This document shows, piece by piece, positions 13,532 through 26,032 of a stretch of DNA of 64,000 nucleotides. A model generated the notes under the pieces. That model saw only the letters and a list, made by a program, of their open reading frames with translations, was not told the DNA's origin and searched no databases. The DNA is from Chiloscyllium plagiosum. Lineage: Eukaryota. The stretch is taken from positions 40,130,101 to 40,194,100 of the forward strand of contig NC_057718.1 in the NCBI RefSeq assembly GCF_004010195.1. Reading direction: 5' to 3'. How positions within the stretch are numbered: the first letter of the stretch is position 1; every line of letters begins with the position of its first letter. Both the position numbers and the translations under genes were made by a program.

Positions 13532-13954
13532 GTTTTAATTAAGACTGAGTTCTTCAGTGGTCTGGGTAAAAGAGGCATCCTTGATTAATGAGACTAAAAA
13601 AAACCCAATCTTAAATATACTTTTAATAATGGAACATCCACAACAGGTTAAGGTAAAAAGATTCCAAAGATTCTCAATCTTTCGAGTGGAGATATTTTTC
13701 TGTACTTGCCATACAGGTATGATCCCATATCCTGAAATTATGTCAGCTTGATCAAAATCTAACAGTAAGGGGGAGAAAAGTTAGTTTCCATCCTGTTAAT
13801 CCCCTTCATAATCTCAACTGTTACAATGAGATCAAATCTCAATCTTCCAAAGACTGACAAAAATAGTTTATAGTCTTTCATCAAAGGACGACCCTTCCAG
13901 AGACCAATCATGAACCTTCACTGTTCTGGAACACAGCAGGCAATTTCAAGTTTG

Positions 13955-14505
13955 CAGATAACAGGCTTCAATAATAGAGATATGGAATTAAGGAGAAAGG
14001 AAACTATGATAAACTTATATATGATACTGTTTGACTTGCACTGGAGTATTGTGTACATTTCTGGGTACCACATTAGAGGAAGTATGAGACTGCATTGGAG
14101 AGAGTGCAGAAAAGGTTTATGAAAATGGTTCTCGAGATGAAACCCTTCAGTTATTAGGAAAGAGTGGAGAAGTTGAAAGAAAACAGTTCTGAGAAGTCAA
14201 ACAGGAGTATGATAGAAGGTTTAAAAATCATGAGGTTTCTAGACAGAGTAAATCAAGAGAAATTGTTCCAGCTCGTACAGGGATCGAGAACCAGAAGTAC
14301 AGTTTTAAAGTATTTAGTGAAAGAGGCAAGTGCGAGGTGAAAAGAACAAAAAAAAGCAATGAGTAGAATGCACTGACTGGAAGTGGGTTGCAGACAGATT
14401 CAATTGAGAGTATTGGAGGGTTACAGGGAATAAGCAGGAAATTGACACCATGTTAAAACACTCAGACCTGGAGCAGAGACTGGGCTGAATAGCTGCTTGC
14501 ACTGT
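13955..14505 (+). mobile_element. Degenerate CR1 3' region
   Basis: ctggagtattgtgtacatttctgg...gcattggagagagtgcagaaaagg...gggctgaatagctgct. Confidence 0.75.
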
Positions 14506-14519
14506 AAAAAGTCTCAGTT

Positions 14520-15400
14520 ATTGCTTCAAATGCAAGTACATCCTTCTTTAATACAGCAGAGAAAACGGAGTACAACATTTATGGTATGGTCCCACCAAAG
14601 CGCTACACGATTGTAACAAGACTTTGTGATGCCTTTTCCACAATCCCTTTGCAGTAAAGGCCAACATGCAATTTTCTTTTCTCATGACTTGTACCTGCAT
14701 GTTAACTTGTGTTCCTTGTATGTGATTTTTCTGATCGATACTTAGAAAATTTACACCAAAAATTATTCTGCTCCTCTATTCTTGAAGCAAAGCCAGTAGA
14801 GTAACTTCACACTTTCCACATTATACTCACTTAACATTAATCTCTTAACAGCACCTCCATGACCTCCTCACAATTTACATAATCATCACACTAAGGCAAA
14901 GATTCAGAGAGTAATGTATCCATCATCAATACAGATTGTAAATGCTGAAAGCCCAGTGGTGATCTGTTCAGTACTTCTCTAGTCACAACTTACCAACTAT
15001 CTGCAACTGTGTTAACATATCACTCCCAACTCTATGAGCGATGAAATTATTTATTAAACCTTTTTGTGGACCTATTGAATGGCTTTTGAAAATCCAAGTA
15101 TACTATTCATCTGACTCAACTAATAGAGTCATCTACTCTACTAGTTGGCATCATCAAAACTTAAAATTTGTCAAACAGGATTTTCCTTTTGTAAAGCCAT
15201 TTTGATTTTTTTTGTGCATTTAGACTTGCGAAGTATCAGGTTCCAGCAATACTCCTGATGCCTACAATGAGATGAACTGGCCTGTAGTTCTCCTTTTTAT
15301 TTCTTCATCCTTAAATGGCAGTGTTATTTTGTTAACTTTGAGCCATGTCATGTCAGCAATTAGGTTCTGGGGATTATTGGAATTTAGTCTCGAGTTCCTT
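14520..15400 (-). mobile_element. Old CR1 RT remnant
   Basis: Reverse-strand remnants (ggcttttgaaaatccaagtatac = YLDFQK; aactggcctgtagtt = NYRPV). Confidence 0.6.
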
Positions 15401-15829
15401 TCGCACTTTTTTCATTGCTGATGGCAATTACTCCAATTTCCTCACCTTCCACCTACTCATTTTTCACAAACCATGGATCCAATAATGTCCAATTTCTGTT
15501 AGAATAATACAACTTAAAAACAACTACAATTATTATTATTTGGGAGTACAGATCTTATAACTGCTATGAGACATGCTGTTGAATTTGTTGGTCTTGCACT
15601 CAACAGGACAGACGGAAGATTACCAACATTTAAAGAGAACATTTATGCTGCATGAGAAAAGAATGTTGTGGTCAGTAAGAGGACTCCAATTTTTGAGGCA
15701 TTGCCAGGATGAGTACACCATGGAAGTTATTCACCATTGTTTAAATTCAAACCTGATTGCATTGACAAAGACTGTGCTTGCAAACTTAGAAAGGATATGG
15801 AGGTGCTGGTGCTGAATGTTAGACTGGGG

Positions 15830-15962
15830 TGGACAGAGTTAAAATTCACAACTCCAGGTTATAGGTCTAACAGGTTTATTTGAAAGTACAAGCTTTCAGA
15901 GTGCTGCTCCTTCGTCAGGTAACTTGTTGGATTATAACCTGGTGTTGTGTGATTTTAAACTC
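15830..15962 (-). mobile_element. Short fold-back Penelope-derived element with hammerhead core (family 3)
   Basis: Inverted arms aaaattcacaactccaggttatag.. / ..tataacctggtgttgtgtgatttt; minus-strand core CTGACGA-A-GGAG cagca CTCT-GAAA-GCTT at about 15890-15918. Confidence 0.75.
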
Positions 15963-16403
15963 CGAAGTGTCCAACTTTAGGTGCAATTCTGTATTTAGAC
16001 AGCACCTACCAAACAGTCTCAAGTATGTTAACAATTACACTAAACTAATTTAAGGTCATCAGTTGGGCTGGCAATTACACTTGGTAGAAGCTACACAGAT
16101 TCATATACATGGCTCTATTCTGTGTAAGAAGCAAGAAAATGTCCATACATTGCACCTTATTGTTTCCTGATACATTTCCCATGGCAGCACCTCAGCGAGG
16201 GTATAGTACATTCTTCCTGGTAATGCCTTGACCAAATGGAGTACACTTGTCAACCAATCAACATGTTTTTTTCATGCATTTTAAACTGCCATTCCCTTTG
16301 AATGTTGGCATCCTTACACCTATTCTGATCATTGCAAAATGAAAAGCTTCAATAGTGGGGCTCTTCTCAGCAAAACTCAACTATTACACATTGAGAAGAT
16401 TAC

Positions 16404-16594
16404 CTCCATCAATTCCAGCAACAAACTGGGCTCGATGATAATGGTTATATCGTATTCCAGTGCATTTTTGCCAGGTATAGAGCTCAAGAAGCTGTCTCTT
16501 ATTGCGCAAGCACCTTCAATAGCCTCCACAATGCCAGGCTTTCTCCAAACAGAACTGGCCTTTATCCAGCCAGTTCGAAACACACTCTGAGGCT
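16404..16594 (-). CDS. IARS2: IARS2 exon (~21)
   Basis: cag|AG CCT...GAG|gtaatc, 191 nt, [21 protein letters not shown]...[11 protein letters not shown]. Confidence 0.96.
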
Positions 16595-16687
16595 CTGAAA
16601 GAAAACAATTTAGATATGCATTTATTGTGCTTTGAGTCACAAATTTTAGAATACAAATGCAAATAACAGCACTGAAAAAAATGCTAC

Positions 16688-16833
16688 CTTTTTGGTTTGA
16701 TTGGTGTTGGAATACTTCCTCTGCAAGGTGAGGCAGGATTGGGGCTACAGAACGTGTGATTACATCTAATACTTCATCTAAAACTGTCTGACATGATAGA
16801 CGCTTGGTGCTTTTCTCATCTTCACAATATAAT
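16688..16833 (-). CDS. IARS2: IARS2 exon (~20), anticodon-binding domain
   Basis: cag|A TTA...AAA G|gtagca, 146 nt, [43 protein letters not shown]; 93-nt intron to the next exon. Confidence 0.96.
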
Positions 16834-17757
16834 CTGCAATTTTAATACAATAATGTTTAGGCAGACATAAACTTTAATATCTGCAGTAGAAAATAAAATG
16901 CTACATCAGCTCCATTGCTAACTCCTTAATGAAATAGTCTATGTCAACATATAATCAGCTCTAAAGAATGACAGGTAACAAAGCATGCTACATAAACATC
17001 AGACACCAAACAAAGCCCAGACGTCTCTGACCTCTAACAGGATGACTGTCACACGGGTTGCCCCACTATTTTGGAGATCAGCAATGATTACAAATTAAAC
17101 AAGGCCAGTCATGTCAGTACTATCACTGTAATTGCAGGACCTATGCTGTTAATCTAACAATGGGCTCATTCTTCCTAGTCCTTAAGAGCCTCTCCTTAGA
17201 AAGCTCAAGTCAAGAGTGATTAAAATATGCAGCATCATGTGGAAGATAGCAGTTTTCTTGACTGCTGCCTCAATATTGCTCTAAATATCACTAGGGGGCA
17301 CTGTGTTGCAATACACATGATCTATAAGATATACTGTACTGCAGCAATTCGACAGCATGCCTCTTGTCAACAACCCCTACCATCAAACAGGACAAGAGAA
17401 AAGATTGTGTGAATGGCATCACCTCAAAGTCACACATCCTGACATGAATATACCTCATCACTCACTTATATTAAAGTACTGGAATTCCCCTACTTAACAT
17501 TAAGTGAGCATTTCTGCACAAGGACTGTAGAGATTTAAAGGTATCACTGCCTTTTTAGAGCAACTGAAAGTCAGTAAATACCAACGTTGTGGTGTTGCCA
17601 TATCTGAAAACTAATTTTGCGGCAATATAAACTGATCCTGATCTGATCTACACATACAACCATTAGGGGGTTTAGAAGTCCATTTAAAGTACTTAGTAAA
17701 TGGCTTTTTGGTTTGCAAATGAAGTTTCAACATTGCCATTATGAATCTTATACTAAC

Positions 17758-17864
17758 CGATCTTTGATGATGCTGAAGTAAAAGTTAGAGAGTTCTCGGT
17801 TAATAAATGCCAACAGAAGGCGAATAACTTTTCCAAAATCACACTCTTTATAGGCCTCTGTAAC
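17758..17864 (-). CDS. IARS2: IARS2 exon (~19)
   Basis: cag|GTT...GAT CG|gttagt, 107 nt, VTEAYKECDFGKVIRLLLAFINRELSNFYFSIIKDR. Confidence 0.96.
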
Positions 17865-17963
17865 CTGAATCAAATTAAAACAAATTTTGCCAATAAATAC
17901 TTGTTTCAAAACATACACATTTCAGCTACTTACAAACAGTAATAGAAATAGAAAGATTAAGTA

Positions 17964-18290
17964 CAGGTAGAAGATCCTTTATCTGAAAATACAAAACCGA
18001 AAAGCTCTGAAATCCGAAGGTTTTGTGCGAAGTTTTTTCTCATTAACAAGATTGTTTGGCATGCAAACAGTTAACCCAAGTCGACACCTACTCAATGCGT
18101 GTCACTTAGTTGCGACTTGAAGGGGCATGGCCAAGCAGCGACTGTCCTGTTCTTACTTAGAAGTCTGCTCCTCCAGTAAGATTTTAAAAAAATTTTACCA
18201 TTAAACCATTAGTCATTCTGAAAACTGAAAAATTCCAAATTCCAAAAAACAGCTGGTCTCAAGTATTTCAGATAAAGGATTGTTTACCTA
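17964..18290. mobile_element. Tc1/mariner (Tigger-like) MITE
   Basis: Imperfect ~28-bp TIRs caggtagaagatcctttatctgaaaatac / gtatttcagataaaggattgtttaccta, flanked by TA on both sides. Confidence 0.75.
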
Positions 18291-19349
18291 TATAACTTAA
18301 ATTCAATTCTGTTACCAATAAAATTTGTGACTCACATTGTCCCTTCTCGTTCACATGGTTTTGCTAACCCACTTTTTAAGACCAGAATCACCAACTCTCA
18401 CAATAATAAAATGCTCACAAAATGAAAACTGTTAAACATTCATAATTTGACTCAAGTGTGTTCTCTCTCTTGCAGATAAAGAATGATTTGAGAAATAGTG
18501 GTTAATTAGATGGTCAGTGAACGAGCAGACTGCTCTCCTGTTGCTATCAATTCCTGACATATTTAAAACCCCAGGTGATGGAACATATTTTACAATCACA
18601 GCAGCGATATTTCCCCTTCTCCACTGGGGTAATTTTCAGGGTAGAGTGTTTTACAATTAAATCACCAATTCTCATCAAAATCAGAAATGGTAGTCTTCCA
18701 ACTATCTTACTGGATAAGTCAGCCCTTGATCTTGAGAGACAAGTTCAAATTCAATTCATTATCTGGATCTGAAATGCTAAACCGGTATCTGTAACGATTA
18801 TTTTATTACCAATTGTCATAAAATCTCATCTACTTTACTCCTGTAAAAGATGAAAATCTGCCATCCTCAGATCAGACCTAAATGTACATCTAGACGCACA
18901 ACAAATTAGCTGACTGTTAGCTACCCTCGGAAATGATCAAACAACTATCCAAAATATATCAAAACCAACATGAGAAACCATAACAATATAATCAAACAGT
19001 TTCCAGCATTGATTCAACATACGAAATCGGAGCAGGAACAGACCAATTAGCCATTAAAGTCTGTTTCTCCATTCTGAGATCATGGTTATCTATGTTTCAA
19101 GTTCCACATTACTGCCTATTCCCAATAACTGCCCATTCCCTTGTCTAACAAGAATCTATCTCTGCCTTTAAAACATTTAAAGAACCTGACTTCGTTGGCA
19201 GTGTTGCAAAAGCGCACAATCCTCAGAAAAAAAAAACTCATCGCTGTCTTGATCTAAACAGACTCACCAAATCCAGATGATGTTGCAAAATCTTCCTCGC
19301 GAATACCAAGAAGATGCTACCAAAATAGGGAGATCTGCTCCATGGATTC

Positions 19350-19617
19350 ACAAAATCCTTAGTGCAGAAGCACACCATTCAGCCCATCAAGTCCATAACT
19401 TCCCTCTGAAGAGCATCCCCCCAGACCGAGCCTCCCACCGTATCCCTGTAACCCTGCATTTTCCATGGCTAATCTACCTAGCCAGCACATCCCTGGACAC
19501 TGGGAAATTTAGCATGGCCAATCCACTTAACATGCACATCTCTGGACGGTGGGAGGAAACTGGAGTTCTGAGAGGAAACCGATGCAGACACGGGTAGAAT
19601 GTCCAAACTCCACACAA
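19350..19617 (-). mobile_element. HE1-like V-SINE, 5'-truncated and diverged
   Basis: aatttagcatggccaatccac...gaggaaac...aaactccacac central domain. Confidence 0.8.
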
Positions 19618-19651
19618 TCATCCATAATTCATCTGCTGACAGTGATATTGT

Positions 19652-19900
19652 CAGCCTTGGCTCAGCTGGTAGTATTCTTGCCTCTCAATCAAAAAGGTTC
19701 CAGGCTGAAGTTTCACTCAGGGACTTGATCACAAAACACAAGGCCAATGCTCATATGCAATACTGAGGCAGCCCCACACTGTTTACTATCTTTCAGGTAA
19801 AATGCTAAACGAAAACCCCATCTGCCTTTTCAGAAGACATGAAAAATCCCTTGGTACTATGTCAAGGAGGAGAGTTACCTCCAGTGTCCCTGACAGTATC
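19652..19900 (+). mobile_element. SacSINE1-like Deu-domain SINE (5' tRNA-like head and Deu domain)
   Basis: ggctcagctggtag A-box-like head; tgcaatactgagg...tctttcagg..aatgctaaac...ccatctgcc...aaaatcccttggtactat. Confidence 0.7.
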
Positions 19901-20777
19901 GGTGAGGTAACCAATGCACAGCCCCTACAGATAAAAAGTCCCATCTTTTCACAAAGTCTCTTCTGTCCTGACTATCACCATGCAAATGGAATTGATTCAG
20001 AACAGATTTAGATTTAAACTAGGCATTCATGAGGCACTGTGGGCTATCAGGAGCAATACAATTACATTCAACTATAGCCAATAACCTCCTGGCCCAGGCA
20101 CATTCATTAATCTAGCATTACCAGTGAGCATGGGGAACAATCCTGGTTTAATGAAAAGTAAAGGAGAGCACACCAAGATCAGCACTATGCATACATAAAC
20201 ATTATGTACGATCAAGTGCCCAACTTGGTGAAGCTACAATACATAACAATATGTATGTCAAACCCCATAACCTATGGATCTGATGGCTCTGCAATCCTGC
20301 TACATCCAGTGGTGAAGGTGGTGGACAAATAAACTAACTGGATGAAGTATCACAATAAAGTATCTTCATCATCAAAAAAGGAAAAGCCCAGAATATCAGT
20401 GCAAAAGACAAGGTTGAAGCACTTGCATCCATATGGAGTCAAAATTCCCCAATATCGCAAACCTCAGTCTGCAGCCAATGTGATTCTCTCCACCTGATAC
20501 GAAGAATTGGATATTACAAAGACTGCGGGCCCTGGCAACATCCTAGCTGCAGGCATTATGATGACTGCTTGCACGCCAGAACCAGCCTCACTCCTAGCTA
20601 AGCTATTCCAGCACAGATACAACACTGGCATCAATGTGGAAAAATGCCCTTGTGTCCTGTCCAGAAAAATTACAATAGTTCCAGCCCAACCAAGTTCTGG
20701 CATAAATCTATTCTCATTCATCAGCAAAGTGGAGGAAATTGTTATCAATAGTATAAGTTACCTTTAAGCCACATGAG

Positions 20778-20893
20778 GAGTTGAGAGTCTGGTGCTGGAA
20801 AAGCAGGCAGCATCTGAGGAGTAGGAGAATCAAAAATTCGGGCAAGAGCCCTTTATCAGGCATCCTGATGAAGGGCGTCTGATGCCGTTCATG
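20778..20893. mobile_element. Degenerate fold-back hammerhead-family-1 element with 17-bp TSD
   Basis: TSD cctttaagccacatgag (20761-20777) / cctttatgccacatgag (20894-20910); centre gccctttatcagg-cat-cctgatgaagggc. Confidence 0.75.
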
Positions 20894-21164
20894 CCTTTAT
20901 GCCACATGAGCCAGGAAATGACAATCTCCAAAAAGAGAGTATAACCATTCCTCCCTTGGCATTCCCTGACATTACTACTGTTGAATTTCATACTATTAAC
21001 ATCCTAGCAGTAATCACTGACCAGATACCTAACTAGATCAGTCATTTAAATACTGTGGCTCTACATGCAAGTCAGAGATTGACCCCAAAATCCTTCTACA
21101 GGACTTGAGTTAAGTGTGATCCAATATTCTACTTTTGCCTGTTTGAACATAGTTCCAATTATGT

Positions 21165-21590
21165 TCAAGATCCTTATAAAGAAAGGCTGGATAGACTAGG
21201 ACTTTTTTCACTGGAGTGTAGAAGGTGATCTGATCGAAGTTTATAACATAATGAGAAGTATAGGTAGAGTTATCGAAAATTCTCTTTTCCCTATGATGGG
21301 GAATTTCAAGACTCGGGGGCACTTTTTTAAGGTGAGAAGAGAGATTTAAAAAAGACATGAGGGGCAAATTCTTTACACAGGGGCAGTTCATTGTGGAATG
21401 ACCTTCCTGAGAAAGTGGTGGGTGTGGGTATAATTACAATGTTTAAAAGACTTTTGGATAGATACATGATTAGGTAAGGTTTGGAGGAATATGGGCCAGC
21501 AGCAGGCAGGTGATACTAGTTTAGTTTGGGATTATGTTCGACATGGCCTGGTTGGACCGAAGGGTCTGTTTCAGTGCTGTATGACTCAAT
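21165..21590 (+). mobile_element. CR1/HER1 LINE 3' end
   Basis: ggctggatagactaggactttttt...ggaccgaagggtctgtttcagtgctgtatgactc. Confidence 0.88.
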
Positions 21591-21853
21591 GACCAACCAA
21601 GGCAAAAAGCAGTCTGCTTGATTGGCATCCTATCCTTCAGCATCATTCAATGTGACTGCAGCATGTACCATCTACAAGATGCACTGCAATTGTTCACTAT
21701 AGCGTCGCGTTGTTGTGGTTTGGCGGTGGATGAGTCCAATGACCAACCAAGGCAAAAAGCAGTCCGCTTGATTGGCATCCTATCCTTCAGCATCATTCAA
21801 TGTGACTGCAGCATGTACCATCTACAAGATGCACTGCAATTGTTCACTATAGC
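21587..21853. repeat. 117-bp direct duplication with 33-bp spacer
   Basis: 21587-21703 vs 21737-21853, one mismatch, period 150. Confidence 0.95.
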
Positions 21854-22304
21854 ATCTTCAACAACCTGTACTAAACATGCAATCTCTACAACCTAGAAGG
21901 ACAAGGGCAGTAGACACATGGGCTCATCACTACCTCAATGTTGTCCTCCAGTTCACATACTACTGTAACTTGGAAGTTTGTGTGCAGTTTTTGCATCATC
22001 ACAGAGTCAAAATATCAGAATTGTCTCTCTCACTGCACTATGGGGAATTTTTCACCACTTGGACTGTGTCAGTTAAAGGAGGCAATCCACCATCACCTTC
22101 TAAACTACTGATGAAAAATAATTTAACCTTTTCTCACACACATATGGTGTATACAAGTTTGATTTAATTCAGGTATTACCATTAAGCTTAATAATTGTGG
22201 TTATTTTAAACAAAATGAATATATCCATTATTTTTTCCAATGGTTCACTGTTGTTTTTTCCTGCTGTCAGTGGAAAGTTACTTACCTAAAACATTTAATA
22301 ATAG

Positions 22305-22400
22305 TTCAGTTCTGAAGGGTCATTGGACACGAAACATTAACCCTGCTTTCTCTCCACAGATGTTGCCAGACCTGCTGAATTTCTTCAACAATTTATTCCA
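22305..22400 (+). mobile_element. Short Penelope-derived element (hammerhead family 2), core eroded
   Basis: gttctgaagggtcattggacacgaaacattaac...ccacagatgttgccagacctgctga. Confidence 0.7.
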
Positions 22401-22825
22401 TAATATGCACTGCTGTGCTTTAGGAACTCATAACTTTGATGGTTTTGCAAATTGTACCTTAAGAATGATAATAGATATTTCTGGTGTTTATTCCCCCTTC
22501 ATTCTTTCATGGGATGTGGGAATTGTTGGCAGAGCCAGCACTTGTTGCGTTTCCCTAAATGCCTTCAAACTGATTGATTTGCGCAGTCATCTCAAACAGC
22601 AGTTAAAAGTCAGCCAACTACATTGTCTTGGGTCTGGAGTCACATGTAGGACTGATAATTAGGCTGGTAGATTTTCTTCCAAACAAGACAATCATGAATT
22701 AAATAGGTATTTACACAATTTACAACAGTTGTCACGATTATTGAGACTGCATTAGAGATTTATAAATTGCATTCAAATTCCACCAGCTGCCACAGGGGCC
22801 TTGAACTGATATCCCAAAGCATTAC

Positions 22826-22957
22826 CTTGGTGCTGTAATCTTGAAGGAGATGAAGCATATATTGATCCACCATTAGCATTTTTTCACTTGGAACTCCATC
22901 AGTTTCAGGGTTAAAATTATAAAGGTTCCCCAACATAAAGCGTAATGTATTCCGTAA
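22826..22957 (-). CDS. IARS2: IARS2 exon (~18)
   Basis: tag|TTA...AAG|gtaatg, 132 nt, [44 protein letters not shown]. Confidence 0.96.
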
Positions 22958-23431
22958 CTAAAAATACAGAATAAATTATTAAGATAAAGAAGCAGCCTCC
23001 TCCTGGTTTGTCTTCACCAGACGGCAAGGTAGAGATGGTCTTTATCACAAACTTCTAAGAGAATACGTATGATTGAAGGATGACAGATTTATGGCTGTTC
23101 TAAATTAAGACATGTTGAACACTTCTGAATAAGTCACTGCAAATATTAAAATAATGGCCATTATTAATAATTTTTTTTCTAGCTCATATCATAAATGAAA
23201 CTCTTGGCTTGTGCAATACTCAAATTATTTCAGCTTAATACATCACTTTAATTTTATAATAGGCTAAATAGACCACCAAAGCTCTTAACTAATTTCTAGA
23301 TACCTTGCTCTTCAAAATGTTCTCAAAATTACGTTTTCAAAAATGATGTCTAACAAAACAGCTAAGGTACCTAATCATTGTTTGTGAAATGCTGTAACAT
23401 ATCCTAATGATGTAAAAGGGGCTATATAAAT

Positions 23432-25093
23432 TAGCGAGTTTTGAGAAGAGTTGTAGCTCAGGTTGAGGTTCTGGGTGTAGGTTTGCTTGCTGAGCTGGAA
23501 GGTTCGTTTTCAGATGTTTAGTCACCATGCTAGGTAACAAATTCAGTGAGTCTCCGAACGAAGCACTGGTGGTGTAGTCTGCTTTCTATTTATATATTTG
23601 GGTTCTCTTGGGTTGGTGATGTCATTTTCTGTGGTGACATCATTTCCTATAGAGGTGTCATTTCCTGTTCTTTTTCTCAGGGGGTGGTAAATGGGATCCA
23701 AGTCAATGTGTTTGTTGATAGAGTTTCGGTTGGAACATCATGCTTCTAGGAATTCTCGTGCATGTCTCTGTTGGCTTGTCCTAGTCAAAGTGGTGTCCTT
23801 CCTCACCTGTATGTAAGGATACATGTATCCTGGTGGCTAGTTTTCTGCCTGTTCGTCCAATGTAATTCATGCACGGTATTTTGTAGGTGACATTAGTTTT
23901 GTGTGTTGTCTGTATAGGGTCCTTCAAGTTCATTAGCTGCTGTTTTAGTGTGTTGGTGGGTTTGTGGGCTACCATAATGCCAATGGGTCATAGTAGTCTG
24001 GCAGTCATTTCCGAGATGTCTTTGATATAGGAGAGTGTGGCTAGGGTTTCTGGACGTGTTTTGTCTGCTTGTTTGGGTTTGTTGCTCAGAAATAGGCAGA
24101 CTGTGTTCATTGGGTACCCACTCTTTTTGAATACGCTGTAAAGGTGATTTTCCACTGCTCTGCGTAGTTCCTCCGTGCTGCAGTGTGTGGTGGCTCGTTG
24201 AAATAATGTTCTGATGCAACTTAGTTTGTGGATTTTGGGATGATTGCTTCTTTAGTTCAGTATTTGTTGTTTTCCTGTGGACGCTAGTTTGAACTTCCGC
24301 ATTGGCTGATTGCTTTACTGTGACATCTAGCAATGGCAGTTTGTTGCTGTTTTCCTCCTCTTTAGTGAATTTTATGCCAGTAAGGGTATTATTGATGGTG
24401 TTGAAGGTTTCCTTTAATTTGTTTCATTTATTGATGACAAAGGTGTCATCCACATAGCAGACCCAACGTTTGGGTTGGATGATTGGCAGAGCTGTTTGTT
24501 CGAGTCTCTGCATTACTACCTCTGCTATGGCATGATAGTAGCCCACAAACCCACCAACACACTAAAACAGCAGCTAATGAACTTGAAATATCCTATACAG
24601 ACAACAAGCAAAACTAATGTCATCTACAAAGTATCTTGCAAGAACTGTAACAAATACTACATTGGACAAACAGGCAGAAAACTAGCCACCAGGATCCATG
24701 AACATCAACTAGCCACAAAAAGACATGACCCACCTTCACTAGTATACTTACATACAAGTACGGAATTCACTACTTCGACTGGGACAACATATCCATCGTA
24801 GGACAAGCCAAATAGAGACATGCACAAGAATTCCTAGAATCATGACATTCCAACCAAAACTCTATCAACAAACACATTGACTTGGATCCCATTTACCCAA
24901 CCCCTGAGAAAAAGAACAGGAAATGACACCACCACAGGAAATGACATCAATCACCCAAGAAAACCTAAATATATAAACAGAAAGTGGGCTACACCACTAG
25001 TGCTTCATTCAGAGGCTCACTGAAGATGTTACCTAGTATGGTGACGAAATTCTGAAAACAAACCTTCCAGCTCAGCGAGCAAACCTACATCCA
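23432..25093. mobile_element. Penelope-like element (Poseidon-like): two 5'-truncated copies in inverted orientation
   Basis: Minus copy (~24510 to 23432) has RT WVCYVDDTFVI (YVDD at 24445-24456) and a GIY-YIG remnant; plus copy (~24515-25093) has VIYKVSCKNCNKYYIGQTGRKLATRIHEH; 13-bp TSD gggctatataaat / ggactatataaat. Confidence 0.93.
25017..25055 (+). ncRNA. Type I hammerhead ribozyme motif in the Penelope pseudo-LTR (stem III damaged)
   Basis: tca-CTGAAGA-t-GTTACC tagtat GGTGAC-GAAA-ttc-tga; the minus copy at about 23510-23548 has the same stem II with a mutated core. Confidence 0.7.
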
Positions 25094-26032
25094 GGACTAT
25101 ATAAATGCTGGGGACCATCTGAAGAAAAGTTTTTTTCATAACAAGCCCAGTGATTGATCCTTCCTGGTACTCTTGTTTAAACATTTCTTTCATTGGAGGC
25201 TGTCGAGTAAGTTCACTCTGTGACACTATAATGCCAAAGAGTGTCTCTCTTTGATAGTGCAACAGAATATGAAATGCAGAACACTAAATTTAGAATAGAA
25301 CAGAATAGCAAACACCCATTCAACCTATGGTTTACAAAAATCAACTCAAACAGCAGACAAGTTTAGCATTTCCATGCAGTCCATATTTCCAACAGTCTCA
25401 TCCATTCAAGCAATATTTGCTTAAATACTGCTGAACAAGGGGCACATGTTGTTGCAACATTCTGTGTTGTACTCTCCAGAACATTTGCAAGAAAACCAAT
25501 ATAAGATGATGACAACATTTTTATACCATGTGAGAAAAACGTGTTGACTGTTTGTTGAATGAACTCCAATGGGCAGAAAATTGCATAGATAATGTACTGG
25601 TTGTTAACTGCCGAATTTTGTTTAAAATTTAAACAAGACAGGCTGACTCCAAATATTAAAGTCATTACCTTGAGCAATAAACTGGAGAATGGCTGTTGCT
25701 TATTTTGTTACGTTGTAATAGGCACAGTGTGCTTTATCTGCAAAGAACTGCATCTCTTGTGTTAATATATGAAGCTTCTAGTATGTGCAGGTGCACATAC
25801 TATGTGCCCAACTCTCTGGTTGATGGCTTTCCACTCTCATCCGGCACTTGTTCCCTTTTACTACTAATCTAGTAGATTGTGGAAATGAAAATGTTCTCAT
25901 CAACTCAAGGATCAAGGATAATGCAGGAAAGTAACGATGAAGTGGAAGACTAACCACGATCCCTGTGAATAGCAGGGTGCTGAATGGGAAAGGGCTGTAA
26001 GGACTACTCTTGCTCCCATTTATGTTCTAATA

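Larger units (their letters stand above)
19960..22110 (+). mobile_element. Old non-LTR LINE family (CR1/L2 group) remnant, interrupted by younger insertions
   Basis: Eroded RT motifs (gggccctggcaacatcc, ctagctaagctattccagcacag, ctattctcattcatcagcaaagt); same family at about 31740-32900 (-), 43740-45760 (+), 58560-59630 (+) and 62600-62890 (+). Confidence 0.65.

Noticed and set aside
12775..13578. 267-aa minus-strand ORF
   Set aside because: Antisense shadow of the CR1 RT, inflated by the N gap
21587..21853. Repeat-spacer-repeat layout suggestive of CRISPR
   Set aside because: Repeats are 117-bp LINE-derived sequence, there are only two copies, the context is vertebrate and no cas genes are present
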